64,000 bases of DNA. It comes from Phycisphaerae bacterium. GTDB taxonomy: Bacteria; Planctomycetota; Phycisphaerae; UBA1845; Fen-1342. A program made the translations under genes and the position numbers. Of this stretch, positions 36,644 through 47,124 are shown piece after piece (the stretch's first letter is position 1; each line of letters opens with the position of its first letter). Location: NCBI GenBank assembly GCA_963675745.2, contig CAXXWX010000026.1, forward strand, positions 512,001 through 576,000. Reading direction: 5' to 3'. The notes below the pieces were generated by a model. The model did not search any database. It was given only the letters and a program-made list of their open reading frames with translations, and was not told the DNA's origin.

Positions 36644-37462
36644 ATGAAACGAACGCTGTGTGTATTAGTAGGTTTGACGATGTGTGCCGGAATGGCCGGC
36701 GCGGGCGAAGCCACGACTGGCGACATTGACATCTTCTTCGCCACGAGCGACACGATTCAGTTCATGCAGCCGCAGGCACCGGTGGTCGATCTCGGCGCCC
36801 CGGCCGGAACGGCGCGTCTGTACATTTGGGCGAATATCGACATCAATGACTTCGCCACGTGGAATGGCATGGGCCTCGAGTTCGTTCCCACCGGCGGCCT
36901 CACTGTCACGGGCGGCGAGCTGTACAACCCGAACATGGCCGATGAGCCTCCTGTGGAGCCCCTGTGGCAACAGTATGCGAAGTATCGTTGGCAGAATGGC
37001 GCCGTCGGAGGCAGCCGGCCGCTCAACCCCATTCCGATGACCGGTGACGGTTACCTGAACGCGTCGGCCGTCAGCGGTGGCTGGCTGACCAACCTCGGTG
37101 CCTTGCCGGCCTACGGTGACTTTGGCCTGGGCGAGAATAACGGTGACGAATTGGCGTGGAGCAACCACGACGACAACGCCGGCGATATCACCTGGACCGG
37201 CTCGTACCTGCTCGGCCATGTGGATGTCGACGTTACTGACGCTGACACGGCGGGACTCAACTTCGCCGTCAGCCCGGCCTGGATCACGCAGCAGGGCGAT
37301 GCCGACCCGTGGGCGACGGTAGCATTCGGTCTGAATGACCCGATCGATGGCCGCGTCCACCACAACATCGCTCCCAACGCGATTGCTGATGCCACGTTCG
37401 TGCCCGAGCCCGCCAGCTTGCTCTTGCTGGCACTGGGTGCCTTGGCGATTCGCCGTCGCTAG
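36644..37462 (+). CDS. PEP-CTERM sorting domain protein, paralog 3
   Basis: Start MKRTLCVLVG after GAGGAG; C-terminal VPEPASLLLLALGALAIRRR. Confidence 0.92.
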   Translation: MKRTLCVLVGLTMCAGMAGAGEATTGDIDIFFATSDTIQFMQPQAPVVDLGAPAGTARLYIWANIDINDFATWNGMGLEFVPTGGLTVTGGELYNPNMADEPPVEPLWQQYAKYRWQNGAVGGSRPLNPIPMTGDGYLNASAVSGGWLTNLGALPAYGDFGLGENNGDELAWSNHDDNAGDITWTGSYLLGHVDVDVTDADTAGLNFAVSPAWITQQGDADPWATVAFGLNDPIDGRVHHNIAPNAIADATFVPEPASLLLLALGALAIRRR

Positions 37463-37490
37463 TAACACACGGGCCCTCAAGTTAGTACCC

Positions 37491-37529
37491 CATAAGGGGC
37501 CGGACATGATGTCCGGCCCCTTTCTTATG
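37491..37529 (+). terminator. rho-independent terminator
   Basis: AAGGGGCCGGACAT-G-ATGTCCGGCCCCTT followed by TCTTAT. Confidence 0.75.
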
Positions 37530-37716
37530 CGCCGGGCCGACGACGCAGGCGTGTCACACGCGTCCAACACGCCGTTTGCCAGGCGTAGCAGCCCTCAGGT
37601 GGGCGCGCCGGGGGTGTCGATAAGCCGGTATGGCGCGGCCCCGCCGCTGCGAATTGACGAGACCGACCGCCAACGCTCTAATGGCCCGATTACTCATCCC
37701 ACACAGGAGCGGCCGG

Positions 37717-40700
37717 ATGCGCACACCGATTACGTATATCCTGTTCTTCCTTTCAGGCACAACGGCGCTGGTATACGAGTTGGTCTGGGTGCGCGAGTTG
37801 ATCTTCGTTTTTGGGGGGACCACGTATGCAATCACGACGGTGCTGGTGGCATTTATGGCCGGGCTCGGGTTGGGAAGCGTATTGGCCGGGCGAATGTGCC
37901 ACCGCCTGGACAGGCCCGCGCGGGTCTTCGGATATCTCGAGATCGGCATCGGCGTGTACGCGGTACTTGTGCCCACACTACTCGGACTAGCGGAGCCGGC
38001 CTACCGAGCAGTGTATCCCGTCGTGCAAAACCAGCCACTGCTGCTGGCGCTGATCCGGTTCTGCCTCAGTGCGCCGATCATGCTGCTGCCAGCGACGATG
38101 ATGGGCGCGACGCTGCCTGTCATGGTACGGTACGTCACGCTGGGCGGAGGGATTCCCGGGCGCTCAGTCGGCAGCCTCTATGGAATCAACACTCTGGGGG
38201 CGGTGATGGGCGTGATCCTGGCGGGTTTTTTCATGCTGCCAACGCTGGGACTGAAAGTGACCACCTGGCTCGCGGCGAGTGTCGATGTGAGCGTGGGGAT
38301 CCTGGCGATCGCCATCCTGGGCCGGGAGCGCGTTGTCGCCGTCGTGAAGAAGGTGCAAGCCGCCGCGTCCGGCGCCCGCTCACCCGTGGCCCAGACGACG
38401 CTCAGCAGCGCCGCCCGCTGGACGATACTCGTCGGCTACGCCGCGTCCGGCTTTGCGGCGATGGTATATCAGCTTACCTGGACACGGGCGCTGATCATGG
38501 CGCTCGGGTCGAGCACGTATTCATTCACGTGCATCCTGGCGGCGTTCATCCTCGGGCTGGCGCTAGGCAGCCTGGCCATCGCGTGGTTCGTAGACCGATA
38601 CCGCAACCCGATCATCGCATTCGGTGTGCTCGAACTGCTGATCGGCGTGGTGGCGGTGTTGATCGTCCCAATCAACATGCAGATCCCCTATTGGGCCGAA
38701 GCACTCGTTGAGAACTACAAGGCGAACTACAACCTGCTGCTTGCCTGGCAGTTTCTGCTGATCATCGCCATCACGTTTATCCCCACGTTTCTGATGGGCG
38801 CTATTTTCCCACTGGTGATCCGAGCGCTCGCCGGCGAAAACGACGACGCAGGCGCCGTCACCGGGCGTGCGTACGGCGTCAATACGATCGGCACGATCCT
38901 CGGCTCCTTCCTGGGTGGCTTCGTGCTGATCCGCAGCGACGTGCTGGGCGTGCAGAATGCGATCATCTTCGCCAGTGTGCTGAATGGGCTGGTCGGCGCC
39001 GCGTTGCTTATGGCCGGCAGTCGGCGGAGTGTGCCGCTGGTCCGGCGCCTGGCCGCGCCGCTCGCGGCGCTGGTGCTCATCCCGGTGATCGGATTGGGAG
39101 CCGGGCGGTGGGACCCGCTTCTGCTGAGCTCCGGTGTCTTTCTGGCTCGCGGGAAGGTAGCCGATTTCATCAAGAACCGCGAGTTGCTCTTCCACGCGGA
39201 CGGCGTGGACCTGACGGTGACTGTGGATCGGCGGCCAACGGGCATGTGGGGCGAGACTCGCTCGATGCGCGTCAATGGCAAGCCGGACGCTTCGACCACG
39301 CTGATGGACATGACCAACTTCATGTTACTCGGCCACCTGCCGGCCCTGCTGGGGCCCGAGGGTAAAACCGCCTGCGTGATCGGACTGGGTTCGGGGCTGA
39401 CGGTCAACTCGCTGGCGTGTGATCCGGCATATGACACAATCGACTGCATCGAGATCAGCGAGGAGGTCATCGATGCGGCGGCGTACTTCAACGACTACAC
39501 AAACGACGTTTTGGTCAGCGACCCGCGCGTCCAGATGATCCGCGCAGACGGGCGCAACCACTTGCTGCTGACCGACGAGGTTTACGACCTGATCATCTCA
39601 CAGCCATCCAACCCCTGGTTGGCGGGTGTTTCGAATCTGTTTACCGACGAGTTCTTCGGCCTCTGCCACGACCGGCTTGCCGACGATGGCTTGCTGGCAG
39701 TGTGGCTTCAGGGCTACACCATGTCACCGCGTGACTTTGACATGGTTGTGCGCACTCTGTTTGCGCGCTTCGAGCACGTGTCGATCTGGCAACTCTGGGT
39801 CGACGACTATTTGCTGCTGGCATCGCGCAAGCCGTTACAAATAGACATGGCGGAATTCGAGCGGCGTTTCTCCGTGCCGGCGGTACGGCGCGACCTGTAT
39901 CGCATCGGGCTGTGGCAGCCGGCGCAGCTTCTTGGCCGCTATGTCGCCTCAGACGCACCGCTGTCTGAGGCGGTCAGGGCGGCGCCGGTGCACACGGACG
40001 ACAACGCGCTGCTCGAGTTTTCGGCGCCACGACACTTGTACGAGAGCGGCAGCGGACGCATCGCCGAGGAACTGGAGCAACTGCAAAGCTCCGTCGTGGA
40101 CGATCTGCAGATTGACACAAGCGGGCCGCATGGCGCGGCGCTGGCGCGTGAGATCGAGAGCGTGGTCTACGGGCGTTTGGCGCGCTCTCGGGCGGAGCGG
40201 CAGTTCACCGACGATCAGGCCTTTGAGGAAGTGAGCTACATGCTCGACGCTTATTTGCGCGATCGGTCGCATTTGGCGCTGTTCATGTTTCTGCAGGGCG
40301 CGGCCGGCACCATGCCGGAGCAGCCTCCCAATGTCGGCGAGTTGAAACACACCATCCGCCGGTTGCGACCACCAGTTTTCGTGGCGAAGACCGGCGCGTC
40401 GTCGCTCGAAATCGCGGCCTTGCTGCGCACACGGTCGGCGCGAGCCGCTCAGCGCGGCCAGTGGGTGCTGGCGGCACAAGATCTCATCGATTCGCGGCGT
40501 TTCGAACCGGACCATCCGGACACCGAGGCCAGTCTGGGGCGCATACTGCTACGTGCAAACCAGATCCCCGCGCTGCTGGAGCCACTCGAAGAGCTGTTGG
40601 CGGCAGATCCCAATGATGCCATGGCCAACTATGTGCGTGCCGTGCTCGCTGCCGAGGCGGGCGATCTCGACACGGCGCTCAAACACCTGGAACGGGCGCT

Positions 40701-40830
40701 TGCAACAGGCCGCGTCGACCCCGATCAAGTCAGGCAGGACGACCGGCTCGGGCCGCTCAAAGATGACCCACGTGTTCGTGAGATCCTCGAGAAGTACGAG
40801 CGCACACCGGAAACGCAACAGTCGCCCTGA
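37717..40830 (+). CDS. fused membrane (MFS-like)/spermidine synthase-family protein with C-terminal TPR
   Basis: SG..ALVYELVWVR and YGINTLGA repeated twice; VIGLGSG, IEISEEV, DGRNHL, YDLIISQPSNPW and HTDDNALLEF; TPR tail. Confidence 0.88.
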   Translation: MRTPITYILFFLSGTTALVYELVWVRELIFVFGGTTYAITTVLVAFMAGLGLGSVLAGRMCHRLDRPARVFGYLEIGIGVYAVLVPTLLGLAEPAYRAVYPVVQNQPLLLALIRFCLSAPIMLLPATMMGATLPVMVRYVTLGGGIPGRSVGSLYGINTLGAVMGVILAGFFMLPTLGLKVTTWLAASVDVSVGILAIAILGRERVVAVVKKVQAAASGARSPVAQTTLSSAARWTILVGYAASGFAAMVYQLTWTRALIMALGSSTYSFTCILAAFILGLALGSLAIAWFVDRYRNPIIAFGVLELLIGVVAVLIVPINMQIPYWAEALVENYKANYNLLLAWQFLLIIAITFIPTFLMGAIFPLVIRALAGENDDAGAVTGRAYGVNTIGTILGSFLGGFVLIRSDVLGVQNAIIFASVLNGLVGAALLMAGSRRSVPLVRRLAAPLAALVLIPVIGLGAGRWDPLLLSSGVFLARGKVADFIKNRELLFHADGVDLTVTVDRRPTGMWGETRSMRVNGKPDASTTLMDMTNFMLLGHLPALLGPEGKTACVIGLGSGLTVNSLACDPAYDTIDCIEISEEVIDAAAYFNDYTNDVLVSDPRVQMIRADGRNHLLLTDEVYDLIISQPSNPWLAGVSNLFTDEFFGLCHDRLADDGLLAVWLQGYTMSPRDFDMVVRTLFARFEHVSIWQLWVDDYLLLASRKPLQIDMAEFERRFSVPAVRRDLYRIGLWQPAQLLGRYVASDAPLSEAVRAAPVHTDDNALLEFSAPRHLYESGSGRIAEELEQLQSSVVDDLQIDTSGPHGAALAREIESVVYGRLARSRAERQFTDDQAFEEVSYMLDAYLRDRSHLALFMFLQGAAGTMPEQPPNVGELKHTIRRLRPPVFVAKTGASSLEIAALLRTRSARAAQRGQWVLAAQDLIDSRRFEPDHPDTEASLGRILLRANQIPALLEPLEELLAADPNDAMANYVRAVLAAEAGDLDTALKHLERALATGRVDPDQVRQDDRLGPLKDDPRVREILEKYERTPETQQSP

Positions 40831-40879
40831 GCGGACGACTCCAGCTCTCCAAGCGGTGCAACGCGAGGACGAACCGGGT

Positions 40880-41851
40880 TTAGAGGGGGATCAGACCCGT
40901 AGCGCTGATAGCCTGTCGATCGGGAGTGAAGACGCGGACTTGCTCCGTGTCGAGATGAAGCTGCGCCACCAGATCATCGGGCCGGGCGAATTCACGTTGT
41001 CGCCGCAAACGAGCGATGAAATGCAGCCCCAGTTGCCTGCCGCGCAGGTCGTCGTCGAAATCCAGCAAATGAGCTTCGACACGCGGTGACGCCTGGCCGA
41101 ATGTCGGCTGTGGGCCGACATTGACGGCGGCCAGCAGCGTGCGTCCGTCATCGAGTTGGGCAACCGCTGCATAAACGCCGAGGCCCGGCAGCAGTTGAGG
41201 AATCTCATCCAGGTTTGCGGTTGGGAAGCCCAATGCATGCCCGCGGTGTTCGCCACTGATGACGCGCCCCACGACCCGGTGCGGGCGTCCGAGCATCACG
41301 CGCGCGTCCGCGACATTACCGGCTGTGATCAGATGGCGAATCGCCGAGCTGTTGATCTCCGGCGCGTCAGCGAGCCCGGCGGCACGGGTGCAATCGACGA
41401 CGCACAACTCGAAGACAGCCTGATCCGCCAGCCGGCGCAGCGAATCGATCGATCCCGCGCGGCCCCGGCCGAAGTTGAACGACGGTCCTTCCACGATTAC
41501 GCGCGGGTTACACCAGCGGCGCAGCAGCGCGATAAACTCCTCCGCCGTCTGATCGAGGAACTCCGGTGAGCTGGCCACCACGATGGTCGCGTCAACCTCC
41601 GCCGCGGCCAGTAGCGCGAGCTTCTCGTCGCCGGTGGTCAGACGTGGGGGTGCGTGCTCCGGGCGCAGGACAGCAATCGGATGCGGCTCAAAGGTCAGCG
41701 CGATGACCGGCATGTCGCGCCGGCGCGCCATGTCGCGCGCAGCGGCGAGAATGCGCTGGTGCCCGCGATGCACACCGTCGAAATTGCCTATGGACAACGC
41801 GACGCCGCCGGCGGGCGGTGCAAATGTGTCAAGTGAGCGAAATACGTCCAT
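40880..41851 (-). CDS. ribF: bifunctional riboflavin kinase/FAD synthetase
   Basis: IGNFDGVHRGHQ, TFEPHP, FNFGRGR, SSAIR, LGFPTAN, NVGPQPTF and EAHLLDF. Confidence 0.96.
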   Translation of the reverse strand: MDVFRSLDTFAPPAGGVALSIGNFDGVHRGHQRILAAARDMARRRDMPVIALTFEPHPIAVLRPEHAPPRLTTGDEKLALLAAAEVDATIVVASSPEFLDQTAEEFIALLRRWCNPRVIVEGPSFNFGRGRAGSIDSLRRLADQAVFELCVVDCTRAAGLADAPEINSSAIRHLITAGNVADARVMLGRPHRVVGRVISGEHRGHALGFPTANLDEIPQLLPGLGVYAAVAQLDDGRTLLAAVNVGPQPTFGQASPRVEAHLLDFDDDLRGRQLGLHFIARLRRQREFARPDDLVAQLHLDTEQVRVFTPDRQAISATGLIPL

Positions 41852-41926
41852 GGTCGGCCAGGCTGTGATTGCTCCTCGGTGACGTGGGCGGGCGGCGCGG
41901 TGTCATCCGGAATACATCGGCGTTGA

Positions 41927-42442
41927 TCAGTACTCCGTCAGGTCAGGGACACCGAGATCGGCGGCGCGCGCCTGAAAGTCACGGGCTTTCATCCAGACGA
42001 GCGAGTACGTCCGTCCATCGTACAGCACGACGATGCGACCATTGGCGCGCAAGTAAAGGCTGGTCTGAGGGTCGCTGTAGCAGATCACTTTGGGGTGGTC
42101 GCTCTGAGCGATCCGCTGGTTGCTCCTCACGTAGATGTAGCGACTGCGCCACGCCTCTTCGTGTTCGGCCGATAAGCCCGGTGGCGGCGGCAAGTTGGTT
42201 GGCAGGCCGTGGGAACCGTATTTCTCCTGGAACACGCGCGGCAGGTGCATGGTCTCTTTTTCCAGACGCCACACAGTCTGGGCATCGCGATGCATCATCG
42301 ACACAATAATCATCCCGAGTGTCGCAACCGCGAAGATCACTACGCGCTTAATTACGCGTCGGCGGCGAAACAACAGCATGCGCAGTGCGGCGCGCTGCTT
42401 TACATCTACGTTTGTGGCTGCGTTGGCTGCGGCGTTGTTCAT
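41927..42442 (-). CDS. hypothetical single-TM protein
   Basis: Basic stretch, one TM, and a C-terminal GRIVVLYDG reminiscent of planctomycete H-X9-DG-type tails; start uncertain. Confidence 0.6.
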   Translation of the reverse strand: MNNAAANAATNVDVKQRAALRMLLFRRRRVIKRVVIFAVATLGMIIVSMMHRDAQTVWRLEKETMHLPRVFQEKYGSHGLPTNLPPPPGLSAEHEEAWRSRYIYVRSNQRIAQSDHPKVICYSDPQTSLYLRANGRIVVLYDGRTYSLVWMKARDFQARAADLGVPDLTEY

Positions 42443-42687
42443 TGCGTGTACAATCCGAATCACTGGCGGCCGAGGGATCGGGTCCGCTGCAATTCTAACG
42501 GCCTCCGACAAACCGTAAAGCGGAAGCCAGACGGGATGCGAGCCATGGGGCTCTTGGCAGACACAACCGATGTCCTGCTATTCGTCGGCGGAGCACTTGT
42601 CACGCTGATCGTCGCGGGGGCCGCGTGCTACTGGGCGGTGGCGGAATGTCGGGGAAATTGCGCCGACGCCAATCCGTCGCCTGGCGC

Positions 42688-45654
42688 TCAAGCGGTCCCT
42701 GACCAGGCAGATCGCAACTCCGAGACTGCCAGCTCGGCTTCACCCAGCGAAAAGCACTGATTGTCACTGACACGCCCCAGGGTTACGAAGGCGGCGCCGT
42801 GGCCAGCGAGAAACGCCCGTCCGCGTTCGGCGTCACACAGTTCAACCACATAGGCGGCATTGACCTGCTCAAACGGGTCGGGTGCCTGGTCAAATGCCGT
42901 ACACAGTACGCCGCGGTTGCCCGCAATGGCCATTTCAGCCAGTGCCACGAGCCACCCGCCGTCGCTGACATCATGGCAGGCGCGCACGTCACCACTGCGG
43001 ATCGCGTTGCTGACGGCTTGGTGAACGGCGTGGGCGGCGCTCAAATCGCCGTTGACTTGCGGCAATCCGCCAACCAGCAGCAACTCGCCGCCGGCGCACT
43101 TGAGGTCGGGTGTGACACATCGACCGACATCGGCGACGATGCTGATCGCGCTGATCAGCAACGTGGGCGGAATGCGCAGACGCCGGTGACTGCGGACCTG
43201 TGCCACCGCCGCCGCGCAAGCCTGCGGCAGCGTCCCCCCGCCGCTTTCAGCCATTTCGCGGAGTGTCTCGATCAGCACATCAACATCGCCATCATCGAGG
43301 GCAAACTCGTTGTTCAGCGAGTCTTTGCCTGAGATGAACGGCACGCCGAAAACCTTGGCGGTGTCATAGCACGCCTGGCAGGCGCGGACCAGTGCGCCAA
43401 GCTGTTGCCGGTGTTCACAGCTTCCCCAGCAGAAGTTATCCAGAATCGCCGTGTTCTCAGGATCGCCACCGACGGCGACGATGTTACGCAGGGCCTCATC
43501 TATGGCGGCGACGGCCATCCAGTAGGGATCAACGTCAGACAGGTGCGGCGCCAGGCCGCAGCCGATCGCGATGCCGCGCGGCGAACCGAGACGCGGACAG
43601 AGGAGGGCGGCGTCACTGGGCCCGAGTCCGGGGCCGCACAGCGGTTTGATCACGCTGCCGCCCTGCACCTCATGGTCGTAGCCGCGAATGATCCAGTGCT
43701 TACCGCCAGTGTTCGGATGGCGGAGATGCTTGATAAGGTCATCCGCGACGGGCACCACGGAAACCTCGCGCGGCTGGCTGTGAACCGGCGTGGGCGCATG
43801 CCACTCCGCCATACGCGGCCCGGCCGGCAGTCCCTCGTGTACGAAACGCATGTCGAGGTCTCCCACAACATGCCCCTGGTAGCGAACCACGAGCCGGGGC
43901 TGGTCAGTGGCGGGATCGACGCATCCAAATGTGCCGATCACGGTGGCTTCGACCTCTTCTTCGGCCATGATCCGCAGGAAAGTGTCCAGATTGCGCGGCG
44001 GGACGGCAAGGACCATGCGCTCCTGGGCTTCGCTGATCCAGATCTCGTCGTAGCGCAGACCCGCGTACTTCAGTGGGACCTCACTCAGCTCGACGTCCAC
44101 GCCAATCTCGGCCCCCATCTCGCCGACGGCACTGCTCAGCCCGCCGGCTCCACAGTCCGTAGTCGCGCTGTGCAGGCAGCCCGACTCGTGATCGCGGGCG
44201 CGCAGCATTGCGTCAAGACAACGTTTCTCGGTGATTGCGTTGCCGATCTGCACGGCGTGTGAAAACTCGTCGGCGTGCGTGTCCGTCAGCTCGGCCGATG
44301 AAAACGTGGCCCCGTGGATGCCATCACGGCCCGTGCGGCCACCGATCAGCACCACACGATCGCCGGGGCGGGCGGCCTTACTGACCATGTCACGCGGAAT
44401 GCTCCCGACGCAACCACAGTACACCAGCGGGTTGCCCAGGAACCGCGGATCATAGCAGACCGTACCGTTGACCGTCGGGATGCCCATGCGGTTTCCGTAA
44501 TCGGCGACACCCTGGACAATCCCGCGCAGTACGCGTCGCGGATGGAGCACGCCTTTGGGGAGCCTGTCGCGCGGCCAGTCGCTGGGGGCGACGCAGAACA
44601 CATCGGTGTTGGCGACGGGACGTGCGCCCAGACCGCAGCCCATTACGTCGCGGATGCAACCGCCGATGCCGGTGGCGGCACCGCCGTACGGCTCGATGGC
44701 CGACGGGTGGTTGTGGGTCTCGACCTTGAAGGCGATGCCGAATTCGTCGTCAAACCCAATGACGCCGGCGTTATCGGCGAAGACCGAGAGGCACTCAGGC
44801 CCGCGACCGTCGGCAATGAGCTCCCTGGTGACGCGTGCGATCGTATCGCTGAGCAGGTTTTGATAGCCCAGTTCGACGTCGCTGCTGGCTGCCGGCCGGC
44901 CCGGCCCGGGCGGCAATGGCGCGCCACGGTAGATGACGGTGCTCTTGAGCGTCTTGTGGACACAGTGCTCAGACCAGGTCTGCGCGAGGGTTTCGAGCTC
45001 AAGGTCGGTGGGTTCGCGTGCTGTGTTCCGATAAAAATCGCGAATCACCCGCATTTCCTCGATTGACAGGAACAGGTGACCACGGCGTGACGAATCCGCG
45101 AGCGCCGTATCGTCCATGTCACGCAGCGCGATTCGACGTGGCTCAAACGCCAATGCGGGCGGGCGCGGAGCCGGCCGGATCGCGGCCGAGCCAAGCACTA
45201 CCTCCTCGACACAGTCGTTTGCGATGATCCGCGCTGCCGCCTCTGCAAGACTGGCGTCAACCAGCCCATCCATGATGTAACGCCGTGCTGTGCGGACGGC
45301 CTCGATGGCATATCCCTCGGCACGCAGTTCGTCGAAAGTGCTCTGGGCAACCGGGTCCATCACGCCGAGCCGTGGATGCACTTCGAGCGGCAGTCCGGCG
45401 ACGGTCTCAGCCGGCACGGAATCAGTCTGAGACTGTATAGCAGCATATTCCGTCACTGGATCGGTAAGCAGCCGACATGCGATGGCGGATGCGTCGTCGC
45501 GTGTGAGTGATCCTTCCAGGAAGAACAGCCGGCTGGTGTGGACGCGGCGTACGCCGACGAGCCCGGCGTCTTGAAGCTCGGTTGCCAGCGCCGCGCTGGC
45601 GGCTGATGGCAAACATACATCGCGCGGCATAACCTCAACACGGAAGACGGCCAT
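42688..45654 (-). CDS. purL: phosphoribosylformylglycinamidine synthase PurL with N-terminal PurS-like domains
   Basis: QTWSEHCVHK, KVETHNHPSAIEPYGGAATG, DCGAGG, SEAQERM, YDHEVQ, ISGKDSLNNE and HDVSDGG. Confidence 0.95.
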   Translation of the reverse strand: MAVFRVEVMPRDVCLPSAASAALATELQDAGLVGVRRVHTSRLFFLEGSLTRDDASAIACRLLTDPVTEYAAIQSQTDSVPAETVAGLPLEVHPRLGVMDPVAQSTFDELRAEGYAIEAVRTARRYIMDGLVDASLAEAAARIIANDCVEEVVLGSAAIRPAPRPPALAFEPRRIALRDMDDTALADSSRRGHLFLSIEEMRVIRDFYRNTAREPTDLELETLAQTWSEHCVHKTLKSTVIYRGAPLPPGPGRPAASSDVELGYQNLLSDTIARVTRELIADGRGPECLSVFADNAGVIGFDDEFGIAFKVETHNHPSAIEPYGGAATGIGGCIRDVMGCGLGARPVANTDVFCVAPSDWPRDRLPKGVLHPRRVLRGIVQGVADYGNRMGIPTVNGTVCYDPRFLGNPLVYCGCVGSIPRDMVSKAARPGDRVVLIGGRTGRDGIHGATFSSAELTDTHADEFSHAVQIGNAITEKRCLDAMLRARDHESGCLHSATTDCGAGGLSSAVGEMGAEIGVDVELSEVPLKYAGLRYDEIWISEAQERMVLAVPPRNLDTFLRIMAEEEVEATVIGTFGCVDPATDQPRLVVRYQGHVVGDLDMRFVHEGLPAGPRMAEWHAPTPVHSQPREVSVVPVADDLIKHLRHPNTGGKHWIIRGYDHEVQGGSVIKPLCGPGLGPSDAALLCPRLGSPRGIAIGCGLAPHLSDVDPYWMAVAAIDEALRNIVAVGGDPENTAILDNFCWGSCEHRQQLGALVRACQACYDTAKVFGVPFISGKDSLNNEFALDDGDVDVLIETLREMAESGGGTLPQACAAAVAQVRSHRRLRIPPTLLISAISIVADVGRCVTPDLKCAGGELLLVGGLPQVNGDLSAAHAVHQAVSNAIRSGDVRACHDVSDGGWLVALAEMAIAGNRGVLCTAFDQAPDPFEQVNAAYVVELCDAERGRAFLAGHGAAFVTLGRVSDNQCFSLGEAELAVSELRSAWSGTA

Positions 45655-46029
45655 TCTGCTCCGGCCTTTGCTGGCAAATCGACGTCTGTGCAACGCAATC
45701 CAACTGGTTGGTCGCGATCATAGCGGCTCCCGAGGCACTCGTCGCGAGTCGCGCGAAATAACGCCTGGCGCAGTCCGGGAGTACAGGATTTTGAGAAAAC
45801 GACAACTCACGACACTCCGGGCCGCAGATAGCGTGTGTGCCATAACCATTGTTCTTATAATGAGTTACGGAGCTTAGCCGGCGTGAATGGCCCCATCAGG
45901 CGTGCGGCGGCCACCGTGGAATGTGACATAATTCTTGCCAGTTGAGGCTCTCCTCTTTACAGTAATCCGACGGTCCGGAGCGGGGCAGGGACGCAAGCTC
46001 CGGTGGCGCGGTCTGTGGTAGGGATCTTA

Positions 46030-47124
46030 ATGAGCGAACGGGCTAAGAGTACATCTGCATCCACACCGGGGCCGGCGTATGCGCTCGAGTTCGAGAGGCC
46101 CATCGTAAAGATGGAGCACGAAATCGAACGCCTGGAGGCTTCACAGGCCGAGACCGGCCGTGATTATTCCGAAGTTATCGGTAGTATCCGCGAGCAACTG
46201 AGAGTTGCGTTAGAACATGCCTACGGCAATCTGTCGGCCTGGGAGCTGGTACAGGTAGCTCGCCACCCCAAGCGACCGTTGCTGCGCGACTACATCAGGA
46301 TGTTGGCCAAGGACTTCTGCGAGCTGCACGGCGACAAGCTCTACGGTAATGACGGGGCGCTGGTCACCGGATTCGCGCGGATCGCCGGCCACAAGGTGAT
46401 GCTCATCGGCCACGACAAGGGCCGTGATACGCGTGACAAGCTCAGGGTGAACTTCGGATGTGCCCATCCGGAGGGCTATCGCAAGGCCCTCCAGAAGATG
46501 CAGCTTGCCGCGAAGTTCAAAGTGCCGGTCGTTTGTCTGGTCGATACGCCCGGCGCCTATCCCGGCATCGGAGCCGAGGAACGTGGCATCGCCAGCGCGA
46601 TCGCCAAGAACCTGATGGAGATGTCGCGTCTGCCGACCCCGATTGTCTCAGTCGTGATCGGTGAGGGCGGCAGCGGTGGAGCTCTCGGAATAGCGGTAGC
46701 TGACCACGTGGCAGTGATGCAGCACTCCTACTACTCGGTAATCAGCCCGGAAGGATGTGCCGCCATCCTGTGGAAATCGCGTGAACATGCGGCGAAGGCG
46801 GCGGAAGCGCTGAATCTCACTCCTGAGCATCTTAAGAAGCTGGAGTTGATTGACACGATCATTGAAGAACCGCTGGGTGGGGCACACCGTGCCCCGGAAG
46901 CCGCCGCGAAAGCGCTGGAAAGCTGGATCTCCCGATCTCTGCGCGAGTTGGGCCGCGTCAAGCCAGAGCGTCTGCTGAAGCGCCGATTCGACCGTTGGCG
47001 CAACATTGGCTCGTTTATACACAAGCCGGCGAAACCAGAGGTGGCGAAGTCGGCGAAGACCCGTGGCGGCCGAAGTCGTGGGGCACAAAGTGGGACACCG
47101 GTGACGGCATCCCAGCCGCGCTAG
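46030..47124 (+). CDS. accA: acetyl-CoA carboxylase carboxyltransferase alpha subunit
   Basis: LEFERPI, ARHPKRP, PEGYRKA, DTPGAYPG, GEGGSGGALG and SVISPEGCAAILW. Confidence 0.97.
   Translation: MSERAKSTSASTPGPAYALEFERPIVKMEHEIERLEASQAETGRDYSEVIGSIREQLRVALEHAYGNLSAWELVQVARHPKRPLLRDYIRMLAKDFCELHGDKLYGNDGALVTGFARIAGHKVMLIGHDKGRDTRDKLRVNFGCAHPEGYRKALQKMQLAAKFKVPVVCLVDTPGAYPGIGAEERGIASAIAKNLMEMSRLPTPIVSVVIGEGGSGGALGIAVADHVAVMQHSYYSVISPEGCAAILWKSREHAAKAAEALNLTPEHLKKLELIDTIIEEPLGGAHRAPEAAAKALESWISRSLRELGRVKPERLLKRRFDRWRNIGSFIHKPAKPEVAKSAKTRGGRSRGAQSGTPVTASQPR

Noticed and set aside
42537..42760. Small TM protein convergent with purL
   Set aside because: Has a hydrophobic stretch but overlaps the purL 3' end by 73 bp; not supportable without homologs.
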